Origin: a virus
Lineage: Duplodnaviria > Heunggongvirae > Uroviricota > Caudoviricetes
Strand: one strand, 5' to 3'
IMG/VR virus record: IMGVR_UViG_3300012016_000001
Location: 64,001 to 128,000 of that record
Length of the DNA: 64,000 nt
The notes under the pieces were generated by a model. It did not search any database. It was not told the DNA's origin and saw nothing but the letters and a program-made list of their open reading frames with translations. Of the stretch, positions 35,971 through 48,667 are shown piece by piece. The position numbers were made by a program, and so were the translations under genes. Position 1 is the stretch's first letter. Each line of letters starts with the position of its first letter.

Positions 35971-36543
35971 TTAATTTGGAGCTGAAACATATTCAGGCTC
36001 TCTATTATCCTAATTTTTAAACACTTTAAATATGTATCTTCCCAGAGCTTTATAATCTTTTTCTTCTTTAGAGTCTCTAGCCTTCATAGCCTTTTTAATA
36101 AGGACTTTTGTTTCCCTTCTACTCACTATTCTTTCTCCACCTTTAAGTTCCATCTAAGTAGAACCATCAGGAGCGAGTACCTTCATAATAGGAGTAGGAT
36201 TGTCATAATCTTCCTCAAATTCCAGTTCATCTCCAACTTTAACTCCACTATCTACATTAAGTTCGACTACATACATAGTATCTTCATGAGATAATAAAGT
36301 TTCATTATTTGGAGTTCCTTGTTCGACAGCTATTACTTCTTGGTCTCCATTTATAAAGATAATGTCTAGAGGAATAAGGGTATCTTTCATCCACATAGAT
36401 ACTTCCTATTCTGAATCAAAATAGAAAATCATTCCCTCATCTTGTGCAAGTTCAGTTACTCCTTGAAGTCCTTTACGCCTTTCTTCTTCTGTTTTGGCCT
36501 CCTAAACCTTCCATACCTATTCACCTAAAGTAATTTCAATCAT
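35971..36543 (-). CDS. DUF192 (UPF0127) family protein with a C-terminal extension, 190 aa (TAG=Gln)
   Basis: 'EAKTEEERRKGLQG...EGMIFYFDSEQEVSMWMKDTLIPLDIIFIN...YVVELN...VKVGD' is the DUF192 pattern. ATG at 36543, TAA at 35971. Confidence 0.82.
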
Positions 36544-38393
36544 TTTTTATTTTTTCTTTTACGGTAATAGTATCTGTCACCTTCGTACCTTAGATCATGA
36601 GTGTCTCTAAGTCCATTTTCTCCGCTCCAGTATCCATCAGTTTCAAAGTGGAGTTCTGGATTATTCTCCTCTCTTCCTTTCTTTAAAAATATATAGTCTT
36701 CAGTTCCTGGAATTGTGGCTATTGAACCTAAATGATATATGTATCTACCATTTTTGTCTTGATAGTCCATATAGTAATTATATTCATCCTCAGTAGGCCT
36801 AGTTGCTGCCCACTTCCATCTTTCAAGATCTTCTTTAGGGTAATATTTGTAAGCAGTTTCTAAGTCATAATTACCATTATACTCATTAGGATTTAAGTCT
36901 TTTATCCACTCTTTATATGGAATTTTCTCTTCGGTCCAATCTTTTGGTTTGGACCAATGTGGATAAGTCTTTCCTCCTTTCTAAAAGACTCTATGTTCTT
37001 TTACTGCTTCTTCCTATTTTTCTTTAGGTTCTTCCAGAGATTCGATGAGACCAGTTCTATCTTGTGTGTTCTCAAAGATTTCTTTTACAAGCATTTTGCC
37101 ACATTCAATGGCTGCATTATCAGAACCATCTTTCATTAATTTTTCAATTTCGTTTGTAACTTCAAGTCTGAAAATTATTTCATTTAGTTCTATTTCTGCT
37201 TGTTGCTCTATTTCTCCACCTTCTTTTTCAGCAACTACAGGAATACCTTTCTTGGTAATATTCTCAGCGTCTTCCATATGGTGAAGTCTAGCATGTAGAG
37301 CACCTTCTGGAATTACATTAAAAGAACCTCCATTTTTAAATTGGACAATGTCATCAGACAATTCAGTTTCCTAGTGTACTTTAGATTGATAGGCTTGAGT
37401 TATCTTTCTAATAGTTCTTAAACGTACTGGGTCTATTACTAACCCACGTCTTCCAAAGTATACCGCTCCATCCTGCCATCCACCTTTCATTCTAAAGTTT
37501 TCCTTATTAAATGCGGTATCAGATTGAGTACCTTGAATAGCTCTATCTATCTACTAGTTATCCCATATTTTTTCAAGTCTAGCTAGTTGATAGTTACCCT
37601 CATACACTTTATTGTTTGCTCTATCTCTCTACCCAAATAGATTTCCCATCTTTTTACCTGCATATTTTTCTGCATTAGTAAGGTCAAAAAGTGCATTACC
37701 ATAAGCAGGACTCATGTCAGCTTTAACCTTATTATAATCTAATCCACTATTTAGTGTTTGTCCTTTCTTAGCTCCAAGTGAGTTGATTAAACCTAGTGGA
37801 GTTAAAGCTAAAAATTTACTATCTAGTATTTTATCTTCTGTTGTTACTTGATCAGTTCCAACTCCAAGCGCTCTTAGAATATCTGTAACTGCACCTCCAC
37901 CTTTCATTATGTTACTAATGAGAGCACCAGTAGGACCCATATTTGCTATAACAGAAGAGGCTGCATCATATCCTACATCTAATCCAGAGGTTAATCCTGA
38001 TTGTGGTTTTCTAGGAATAATTGCTGACCCTATGTCAGCAATACTTCCAATAATATCTCCAACCTTATTCATCTTAGTAGGGTCTCTTTCTTCTACTTTC
38101 CTAGATCCTAAGTCTGTTACACCTTCTGGAGTAATGTCTGTAACTCCTGCTCTAGTAACTGGTTTACTAACTGTTGGAGTTGGATCTTTGCCAGGACTTG
38201 TTATGTAAGATCTGCTGGATATCCAAGACCCTATTTTTTCTGCCTATGAGTTGTTAGATTGCTAAGCTGTCTATCTATAATTAGGCATAGCACTAGTAGG
38301 TTGTTGAGAAAACATGATTGAAGCTCCAGAATTATATGTTTGAGGCTGCCAATTTCCAAAAGTTCCGGACTAAAATTTAAATATTTTACGCAT
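36540..38393 (-). CDS. Probable modular virion cargo protein, 617 aa (TAG=Gln)
   Basis: Starts MRKIFKFQSG at 38393. Fragments 37629, 37014 and 36540 are in frame. Contains an amphipathic Gly-rich segment plus QFKNGG and VFQKGG motifs. Confidence 0.75.
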
Positions 38394-41300
38394 AACTTAT
38401 TGTATATAAAGTTTTTATAGCAGATATAACAGCTAAATCTTCCCCTGTATATCTCACCCTTATTTTACAATACTTATCTCTTATCTTTGTTTCTTTTCTG
38501 GAAGTCCATCCTCCAATAGTAAGTTCTCCGTATCCATTACCTCTATTATAAGTGTTAGGAAGAACTTTAACATCATCTAAAGATAGATTCTCTGGAAGAT
38601 TTTCATTACTTATAGTAGTAGATTGTATATCTGAAGGTAATCTATTAGGTTCTAGAATAATAGGAGGATATTGCCATTGAGGTTCGTTCTTTTGCATGAA
38701 CGTAATAGATGGAATCTATACATTCCATTTATCCTCTAGGTACTGAGAATTACCTCTTAATCTACCATAGAATATGCGTTCATAATACTTAACTTCATCA
38801 TCATTTTCTCTCCAAGCAAACACTCTTCTCTGAGTTGGAGGGAAATGATTAACTAAGTACTAATACTACTCAGCTGTTATTTCTCTATCTTCATAACTAT
38901 TTATAGGTATGTTTCTAATGTGTGTCTATACCTTGAATTCATTCAAATCCTAATCATATACTATTTCAGAACCAGATAAGTGCATATAATCTCTAGGAAC
39001 ATCAGAAGGATTAACCATCATAGTGTAATGGTCATATATAGTGTCTATATGTCCTCTTCTTTCATAATATAAAGGAAGATAAGTAGATTTATCAAAGTAG
39101 AAAGCTCCTATCATTCTACGTTGTTGAGGCTTAATTTCCTTATATTTAGGGTCAAATGTAATATTAGAACCTAAATTTTGCATTAAGTTTTTGGTAGCTT
39201 CCTATCTAAAGAACATATTAGCCTTGTCCTTAGCCCAATCATAAACTTCTCCTACTATTTCAAAATGGAATGAATCTGGTTTAGCCTTATTGCTTATTAT
39301 TTCTAAGTTATTAAAGATTTTATGAGTATTAGGGTCATCTCTAACTACAAATTCAAATTCAAATGGATGTTGTTTACCATACCAGTTACATGGTTTTATC
39401 CTATCAGTAACTGTTAATCCAGCCTGTCCATGTTTCCAAAATGCGGTAGATGGAAGAGTTCCTTTATAAGTACCGACAACTCCATAAATAGTACGAGAAC
39501 TCGAATTCTATGTTATTCCTTGCTCTGTAGTAGTCTGAGATCCATCTAGTATGTCCGCTTTAATAGCACAAGTCAAATAATCATTATCTTCATAATTTGA
39601 GTTAGATGCATATAAATAGTAAGCATAATTTGGAGGAGTATTAGTATCAGGTTCTTCCTCTATTCTGAACTTTCCTGAATCATAACTGTTGACTAAAGTT
39701 ACATTTTTTCTAATAGTCATACCGTAATCAGTAAATTCTATGCGTCCTAAGCATGTCCAATTTGCCAGTTCTACAGTTGCACCCGTATTTAAATACATAG
39801 GATAATATTGTCCAGTAGTAATAGCTATAATCTTAGAAGTATCTCTATCAAAACTAAAGAACATGTTATCTATATTGGCAGAGTAAGACGGAACCCAAGA
39901 GAAAAAGGTTACAAAAGTCTAAGATATTTCATTCCAACATAAATTCCAAACTTTCTCATTCTATGCATCTAAGTTATCATAGAACGTAAACATTACATCT
40001 GACTTGTAAGCATTGTAATGACTCTTTACATTACGAATACCTATAATTGGAGTTTTTTCCGTTTCAGCAAGAGTGATATTATTTATTAAGAATTTCTATA
40101 CTCTAAAATCAGAAATTATATCAAAAGATGCTCCATTGGTTCTCCAAATTTTCTTTCCGACAGTATCTACTCCATATACATAGTAAGGCGTTTTTACGAC
40201 ACTTTCTGGCCACTGACTACCATACATATCACTGAGCACATTTAGCGTCTCAGGAAGAACGTTAGTGGCGTTTATAAAGACATTTCCACCAGCTCCAGCA
40301 CCAGAAACAACACGTTCATTGACTGGTATGATTCCAACTCCATGTTCAAAAACTGCAAGTAAATTACCTTTTAATGGTATTAAATTTATTAACTCACCAT
40401 ATGTCATTGGATAATCTCTATAATGTGATAATAAGAACTCTCTATATCCATTTTTAAATGCATCATTTATAGCAACTTCTGAATATAATATTCTAGTTTT
40501 AAATACATCTTTTATTGCTGGAACCATAGGTGTTTCCCAATTGTATTTATCAGAAGTTGTACTTGAATATCCATGATTATAAGCAAATGATTCTGGAATT
40601 TTATTATTACCACTAGAATCCATACTATATAAAGGATAGAAATTTCTTGGACGTCCATTAGTAAGTTCTTCAGAAGCAAATGAATGGTCTACACTACGTA
40701 AAGATACATTTATATTTGAACATACTTTAGTAGTAATCCAATGTCCTATTGGCACAGCATTTACATCTCCTCTATTTAACTTAGAAAGCTTTTCTGTATC
40801 ATTTAAATCATAATAGTCTTTCCAAGTTGAGATTTGTAAAATGTCATCATTATTAGGAGCACTAGGGTCTTGGAAATTACGTACCATCCTATGTGTGAAA
40901 TTACCTATAAAGCAATCACCTCTATAACAAGTTAAATCTTTGGCATCTTCAGTTCTTATTCTGTCAGATATAGCATAAAAAGCAGAAGTGTCCTAGTATC
41001 TTATCTAGAAGTATTCTTTCATCATAGATTCGTCATATCCAGGAATGTATACATTATAAATGTCAGGTAATATATCTTCATTACATTCTATACCAAGATA
41101 AGGTCCATAAGATCCTCTAAACACATGAATATTATCAGGACCATTGTTTTTGAATTTAGCCTATGCCGTTCTAGCAGCTTCTTCTGCTTCTCCTGCTCTT
41201 GCTGAATATAATACATTCTTATTTTTCATGTATTTTACATTATCTTCAACAGCTACTATCTATACATCATACAACTAATCAGAAGTCTAATTCGTATTAG

Positions 41301-43125
41301 GTAACATGAATAGATGTCTGTTATTAGGTGTACAGTAATGCTAGTTAAATGAGAAGTTAGTAGTTCTTATTCTAAAGTCTGAAGCAGTAAATAACTAATT
41401 AAAGAAAGGTTGATTCATTTCATACTCTGGGCATATTGCTGCTCCTCCTAAACGTATAAATCCTTCAGTATAAATACGTTTTCTAGCATTAAATGATGGG
41501 TCTAAGAGCCTATTTTTATCAATAAAACTCTCCATCATATATCTATAATTAGACTAGCTTCCTGTAGTAGTGTCCATATCAGAAGCTTCAGTTGGGTCAT
41601 CATTAGTGTTTACAGGTAATGCTGGCAAATGTGCATTAATCTCTAGTCCTATGGTTAACATTTGGCATAATATTGTAGGAATTCTCTTCTGTCTAACAAA
41701 AAAATATCCTCTAATTCCTAATGCTTTTAAATCCCTTTCAAGAGTTTCCCCATTTAAAGGTTCATTATTAGCACCTTTTGGTATATAAAAGTTCATTTTA
41801 ATACCAATAGGATATACTTTAGTGCCATCTATCTGTGTATCTTTAATACTATTATTTTGGATATCTATTTTTGATACACCTTTACAGTTAATATTATCAT
41901 TTATTGCATAAGTATCTTTATTAATACTAACATCAAGAAGGTCTTTCTTATCAGATGTAGATAAATCATTATCATTAAGAATAGTTCTGCCACATATATT
42001 GAATACAGGACTCAAAGAGAAATCATCTAATATATAAACGATTCCAAAACGATAAATTTCTTTATCCCAATATCCGAGGTAGTTGTATATATTAAGTGGA
42101 TTGTAATACTCATACTTATTACTACCATCCGTGTAATCTTCCTTAACATAACCTATATTAGTGGACATATCTACAACTGGATAGAATTTTAACGATAACT
42201 AAGTAAGAGCTTTATAGTCTATTTCAGGTTTCCTTAAGTTTCCTAAGAATAGCCTATTCTATACTGAAGCCTATGTATAAGCAGAATCAACTAATTGATA
42301 CTACACGTTAATATCATTTAAACTTACTTCTACCTAATCTTCATATCCATTAATATTAATAGAGCATACATTATTATAGATAGGATAATCTTTAATAATC
42401 TTGTATGCGGTGGTCACTTCTGGAGTCCATATATCAGAAGTACTTCTAGTATAATATACTTTTACATAGTTATAAGAAGAATCTATTTTAGATATTACAA
42501 AGTTAACACTTTTGTTACTTAGCTCATCTCTATTACCTCCCTATATAGAATGAGGATCATTAATTCCTCCTATGTAACAGGTTACTATTCCAGATTCTCC
42601 AGCAAAATCAGTCTCATTTCCGTCTGAATCACAAAGTTTAAAATAAAATACATAGTTTCCTACTTTCATTCTTCCACCCTGTGAAACACCTTTAAACTCT
42701 ATCTTTATAATCTGGTTAATCCTTTTATATAGGGAAATATCAGTATCAAATGATTCTTTATCATATATATTAGTATCATTATCTCCTTCCCTATCAACTA
42801 TCTAATAAGTATCTTTACCCGTCACAGAAAATCTAGTGTTAATCAAACGAGGCTAGTTAACCCCATCATTTAGAATGAGATTAACTGAACCATCGTATGA
42901 TGCTTGAGCTTCCATTTTTACTGGATATCTCAAGTCAAAATTGAGTAACTCAGTGTCCATATCTATCAAAGTGCCTGGAGGTAGAGATTCGTTCCTCCCT
43001 ATTACTGGAGTAGCTTCAGCACTTCTTAAATTACGTAATGGATTATACTCATATTTAAGATTTCCTTTCTAAGGTAAACACCAAAATGTAGGTGTTAAAG
43101 TAACTGTAGTGTTTATTTTACTCAT
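38386..43125 (-). CDS. Tail muzzle / tail-stabilisation-like protein, 1579 aa (TAG=Gln)
   Basis: Fragments 38386, 38950, 39508, 40096 and 41554 are in frame. N-terminal 'KYEYNPLRN...QASYDGSVNLILNDGVNQPRLINTRFS...DREGDNDTNIYD' and C-terminal 'ETKIRDKYCKIRVRYTG' are as I recall from crAss-like tail proteins. Confidence 0.7.
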
Positions 43126-46100
43126 ACCGTACTAGAACTGTCTTCTACTATATCTAAAAATAAAGTGGAAGGATTTTGATACATTCTTCCATATATGGAA
43201 TTATAAGAGTTTCCTAAAGCTGCTACCATATCTGGAGCATCTCCGTCTTTATTATGCCTCCACATTCCACGAGACTCATATTCCCCTACATGTCCAGAAT
43301 CTCTGTTGACTACTATTTCGTTAAATATATCAGAAGATATATTTTCAGATTTCCACTGACAATAAGTCTTAAATACATGTTGGAAAGAATGATAGAATGG
43401 CCAAACCTTTCCATCCCATGTACGAAGAATATCACCATAATTCTCTCCTGGAGCCATATATCCACCAAAACTATGATTATTGTTGTAGTTTTCTGCTACA
43501 TTAACATTTTGAGCACTTGGACCTCCTATTAATGGGTCATCTAAGTCAGAAATAATGCCTCCGGCTTTTTTTACTTTATAATTACCAAATTCATCAACAA
43601 AAGCATAACCAGAACCGTCTTTAGTTCCACTTAACTTTAAATATGGAGTCATATCATTAACTTTCCATCTAAATGTATTATCTGATAATACTTCATATAT
43701 ATTATTTCTTCCTGCGTTATCTACAGCTGTCCAGTCTACTGTATATATCCATCTATCACTAGACATATCATCTCCTTCACTAATAGATTCCTGGTAATTT
43801 GCACCAGATAACATATAACTTATATCAGCAATACCAAAGTCCGTAGCAAATGTAGTTTCACAATTATCTACTTCAATTTGGTAGTCATATTTCACAGTCA
43901 TTAACTCACTATTTTTAATTCCTATAGTATTGTTACGTTCATCATATAATAGTGGATTTAACCATTTCTCTATAGTATAATCCTATAATAGAATATCATA
44001 ATTAGTACGTAAACTAGAGTCGCTTGAACTATATGCAACATCATTATAGTTAGTGTTACTGGAAGATTCTAAATCTATATCAACTTTTATAGATGGTTGA
44101 TAGTATGAATATTCATTACCATTTGTAGTAATATATCTTATAGTATCTTTAAAAGCTTGTTTAGTAAATATTTGACTTAATAAACTTCTTAACATATAGT
44201 CAAGTCTTACTAGTCTTGCGCTTTTATTTGTACTATATTGTTTCTAAGATGCAAGTAAAGTAAATCTATACTTTTCATCAGTCTATTTCCATACAGCTAC
44301 TAAAAAATTGTCACCTCCATCTATTTCGTTACCACTACATCCCCATCCAGCTACATTGCGTCTAAAATAGTAAGAAGCACTATTACTAGAAGAATAATCT
44401 CTTACAGTACGTTCAGGAGAATAGGAAGCTTCATCTCCTCCTATGCCTGCTGCCATAGATACCATAGGTCTATCCATTTGTTCCATACAAGTACATAAGC
44501 CAGTATCGTCACAACCTGCTCCTGCATCAGTTCCTCCAGTTACATTTCCTCCTGCTAATGTAGTATTATAGCTATAATTATTTTCATCAGCACCTGCACA
44601 GAAAAGTGGGTTGTCTTTATTCCATGCAGTAAAGGCTCTCTACTTATAAGCTCTATCCATATCTGGATAATATAGAGGTCTTAAACCTTTCTTATCAACT
44701 ACTATAGTCTTTACATCACTACTCTTTGCCTTCATCTATGAAGTTAGTTCTAAGTCAGTTCCAAATGTCAAAGTTCCTGTATCATATGTTTCACCTGCAG
44801 CATAAGTACTTACATTAGTTCTTTCTAAGAATCTATTTATTTGTTCTGTAAAAGAATTATTGTTAGGCATAGTGCCTATCAATTTACTTTCATCTGTTAA
44901 ATGCAGTTTGCTACCGGCAAAAGAATTTAATATAGCCCTAATAGTTGCTTCTGCAGGAGTACCAACTATTGACTAATCAAGAATAACTTTAGCTTTTAAT
45001 CCTACTTCAAAATGATATTTATTATTAACATCTATAACATAAACTCCATTACCTGTTTCATCAGCTTTAGTTACAAATGTTCTTGATGTTACATTCTCCA
45101 ATGTAGTATTAGTAACATGTCCTAAAGGATCAGTAATTCGTATATTGTTGCCTTCAGTTGTTTTAGTAACCTTGATAGTTGGAGTAATTTTAACTTTTAT
45201 AGTCTTTCTAAATGCTTTATCAGTTCCATTATACTGCCACATTAAATCAGAAGTAAACCCATCATTTGTAAAATCCTTAATTTTTCCATAAAATGCGTTA
45301 AATATACCACTAGTATAAACCATTCTGTTACCAAGGTGGACTTCCTAATTAGCAGTATCAATAGAACTACCCTTAAACCCAACTATTTCTACTACATATA
45401 TATCGTTCTTATGAATACCATTATCAAAATTTATAATTTCTTCAAAAGAACCATTAAAACTATCTTTTTCTATATCAATATTTATACTTCCTGTAGGATT
45501 TGTTATAGGTTTGAATTTAAATTGTACCTTACGTATTTCTTTATCATCATCTAAGTTATAATAATCAAAACTCCAATTTATTTTCATATAACTATCTAGC
45601 ACTAGATAACTCCAATTTCTAAGATCAGCAGAATCAGATTTAAATTTACTTAAGTCAATACTTCCAGATTTAGTCATAGATATTAGATTACCTTGAGGAT
45701 CAAGTCTAGGTATTATTGTATATTCGAAAATACCGTCCATTGGCTAATTAATTATTTGTATCTCTAATCCATCAGATTCGGAGTCTTGTCGTCCTGTTAT
45801 TTCATCAGCTAAATTAGCCTCATACTTTAATGTTACTACTGTATTAGGATCTTCTTTTTCTGGTTTTCCAATAAACTCAATATTTACAGTATTATGTTCC
45901 CCTCTAGAGTATTTCCTTTCTAAGTTGAAAGAGCGTAAAGTTAATAATTTAAATATAACTAATGGATATCCTGATGATTTACCTGTATATACGTGTTCTT
46001 GTCCATCTAAATAGTTTCCTTCTACTATTTCTATTGAACCATCTTTTTTAATTATTCCAAACTAAACTTGTACACAAGATGGTAAGTTTAATAGATTTTC

Positions 46101-46592
46101 ATTTTCTATCTGTATCTTATCTCCTGTATGCAGTATATGTATATCCTAACCATCTCCATTCTATCCTAAATAAGCCCTACATTCAGTTCTAGTAATATCT
46201 TCAGAAGCTGCAGAACTGTAAAATTCCTGTCCTAAATTTATGCTCTAAGCAACTAAAGTAAAGGTATCGACATTAACTGACCACATTTCTGCCATATGAG
46301 CCTACTATGGAGAAGGAAAAGAACCTATCTATCCATGCCCAGTACTTGGGTTATATGATGCTACATATATTATTCCTCCATACTCAGTTATTCCTATAGG
46401 TATGTATCCTTCTGGAAGAGCTGCACTGCCTATAGTAGTATTTCCCATATCATTCTACAAAATCATTTCATTACCGTTATAGGTAATTAAAGTTCCATTA
46501 AGACAGTCTGTTAGTATATCTGCAGGAGTAGTAAGTGGATGAGTATCTGTAACCATCCCTTTTGTAAAAGTATTTACTGTTTCTTTGTGCAT
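43122..46592 (-). CDS. Tail protein, muzzle/stabilisation-like N-terminus, 1156 aa (TAG=Gln)
   Basis: Starts MHKETVNTFTKGMVTDTHPL...LTDCLNGTLITYNGNEMILQNDMGN...GGIIYVASYNP. Fragments 43122 to 45345 are in frame; true TGA at 43122. Confidence 0.65.
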
Positions 46593-47164
46593 AATACTTC
46601 ATAATTATTAATACTTACTAATATATCTTCAAATTTAAGTGGATTTCTATCTAATATATGTTCAGCACAATTAGACTCAAAATCCCTATATAAAAGGGAC
46701 ATACCTATATCTTGTTTATATGGGACTCTAAATAAATGTTTACAATTAAACTATCGAAGACTACATTCTTCTTTTAATTTATATAACATTACTTGTCCAT
46801 ATTTAAACCATTTACGGGGACGTCCTCTAGAATGTTTCTACTTTAAATAGTTTTCCCACTAAGTATCGGTTAAAGCAAAGTAATAATAACCGTCCCATGG
46901 GATTTTTCGTCTTTTTGCTAGGACTCTAATCTTTATGACTAATTTCTTTATATAATACTAAAAGTGCTATATAGAATTATAGCGTAAATATCCTATATAG
47001 CACAAAAAGTTACCATCTTTTATAAGGGTATCTCCACCATAACTATTATGTAAATATAAAGATTTAAATCCAAAATTTAAAATTCTTTTAATGTCCTATT
47101 CTGGAAGACGAGGCCAAAGTTTATGAACATCTTCATAATAGTCTTTAATTGTTTTAAATTGCAT
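46574..47164 (-). CDS. Conserved crAss-like protein, probably IHF/HU-like, 196 aa (TAG=Gln)
   Basis: MQFKTIKDYYEDVHKLWPRLPEQDIKRILNFGFKSLYLHNSYGGDTLI...KFEDILVSINNYEVLCTKKQ*. It is basic, and its position matches the paired IHF-like genes of crAss tail modules. Not in the track because of internal TAGs. Confidence 0.6.
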
Positions 47165-47610
47165 TAGCAGTACCTTTTTCCATTATTCGTATTCTCAGTT
47201 ATCTTATTTTTTAGATTCTTGTCCACATAAATGGGCTTTCTTCTTCTAATTCCACTTTCCTTACTATACATATCAAGTACTAACTAGTTTCCTGTAAAAT
47301 TTGACTATAAGAAGTCTACATCTTGCCACTTTCCATTCTTCCTAGCTTTTATAAAGTCCTCTCCTTCATAGTTATTAACATGAATTTCTGCTCTCTTACT
47401 ACCTGTAGGAAGCTAGAAAGTAACATTATTGTCTATTATATCATTAAGGATTAGTTGAAGCGCATCTTTAAAGACACGCTTCACTAATCTATCTTTATGA
47501 TAATCTCCATTAACTATATTACAGTCGTCACAAGTTACAAGCAATTTGTCATACGGAAAGTTTTCAAATATTTCGTCCGTATTAAAGGCATAGCCTGTAG
47601 CGTAGTTCAT
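47164..47610 (-). CDS. Conserved crAss-like protein, probably IHF/HU-like, 148 aa (TAG=Gln)
   Basis: MNYATGYAFNTDEIF...NNVTF(TAG=Q)LPTG...KPIYVDKNLKNKITENTNNGKRYC*. TAA at 47164 overlaps the next ATG. Confidence 0.62.
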
Positions 47611-47975
47611 TTTGTAACTTTTACCTTAATTCCTGTATTGTTTCCTTCAAAATCATATAAAACATAAAGGGTATTACTGTTTACTAAAGCATTACTATTT
47701 ATCCAAAATTTAAGACCTACAAAATTTATAGCATTTGGATCTGTAGAAGTATTAGTTAATACCTTAACTTCTGTTCTACCATCTGATACATTTCCAGTAG
47801 TTTGTACCGTACCTTCTCCATATTTTACAGCACCTGTAGAATCATATGATTCAAAACCATAAACTACAGGTGTGAAAGTTGGGCCCTCTGTAGTTACAGA
47901 GCCTAATACTGCTTCCATTCCATAGGAAGCTGCCATAATTCCTGCACTTCCTGCAGGCATTGCTTTCTAATACAT
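47607..47975 (-). CDS. Small beta-rich virion protein, 122 aa
   Basis: The track ORF extends upstream through one TAG to ATG 47975 (MYQKAMP...), which overlaps the previous TAA. The 'YGEGTVQTTG...DG...VKV...N...F.G.KFWI' pattern resembles crAss head-decoration domains. Confidence 0.55.
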
Positions 47976-48667
47976 TATCGTATAGGTTTATAAGATTTAT
48001 TAAATATTTTACGATTCCAAGATGTTTTAGCATCTAGAATCTCATTCATCTCATTCTATGATAAGTGTGCTGGAACTCTAGCGGCATCACAAAGTCTATA
48101 CCATCTTTGTTCTAATGCTTGTGCTACATTTAGAGTATCTTTATTGTTTGTTTTAAGAGCTTCTTTAAATTTCATAGTCCAAGCAACAAATGCTGCAATA
48201 GCTGTAGCCTCAGCTGAAGTTATAGATGGAAGACCTTCATCATCCATTAAAACTCCTTTATAAAGGATAGCTACTTTTTGAATTCCTTTCTAATCAAGGT
48301 ATAAAACGTCCCCATCTCTTGTATATTTTACATACCTTCCTCCTATATAAAGAGGATCAGTAAAACGTTTTCTACTTTCTATAAATTGTTCTATCCATCC
48401 AGAATTTATATCACCATTTACATAGATATTAGACGTAAACTCCCAATCTTCAAAGGGATAAGTAACTGCTTCTATTATATCACAGTTACAAGGTAACTAA
48501 ACTTTACCAGTTTTACAATCTACATTTGCTATGGTCTTATAAAGTCTGCAGTTTTTATTTCCTATCATATTCCATGCTACTAAGCCTAATTCTTCAAAAT
48601 CTTCAGGTAGTATGTGCAAGTCATACATACTATTAGCAAGGAACATTGCATATCCAAAGTTTTCCAT
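47975..48667 (-). CDS. Tail ring / tail tubular protein, 230 aa (TAG=Gln)
   Basis: MENFGYAMFLA...EELGLVAWNMIGNK...LYKGVLMDDEGLPSIT...LDAKTSWNRKIFNKSYKPIR*. Both ends overlap neighbouring genes. Confidence 0.65.

Noticed and set aside
46630-47085. TAAATTTG (about 46630-37) and TTTTGG...TATATTTA (about 47050-80) as promoters
   Set aside because: Both lie inside the 196-aa coding sequence (LKFE and NFGFKSLYL) and are expected by chance in AT-rich DNA.
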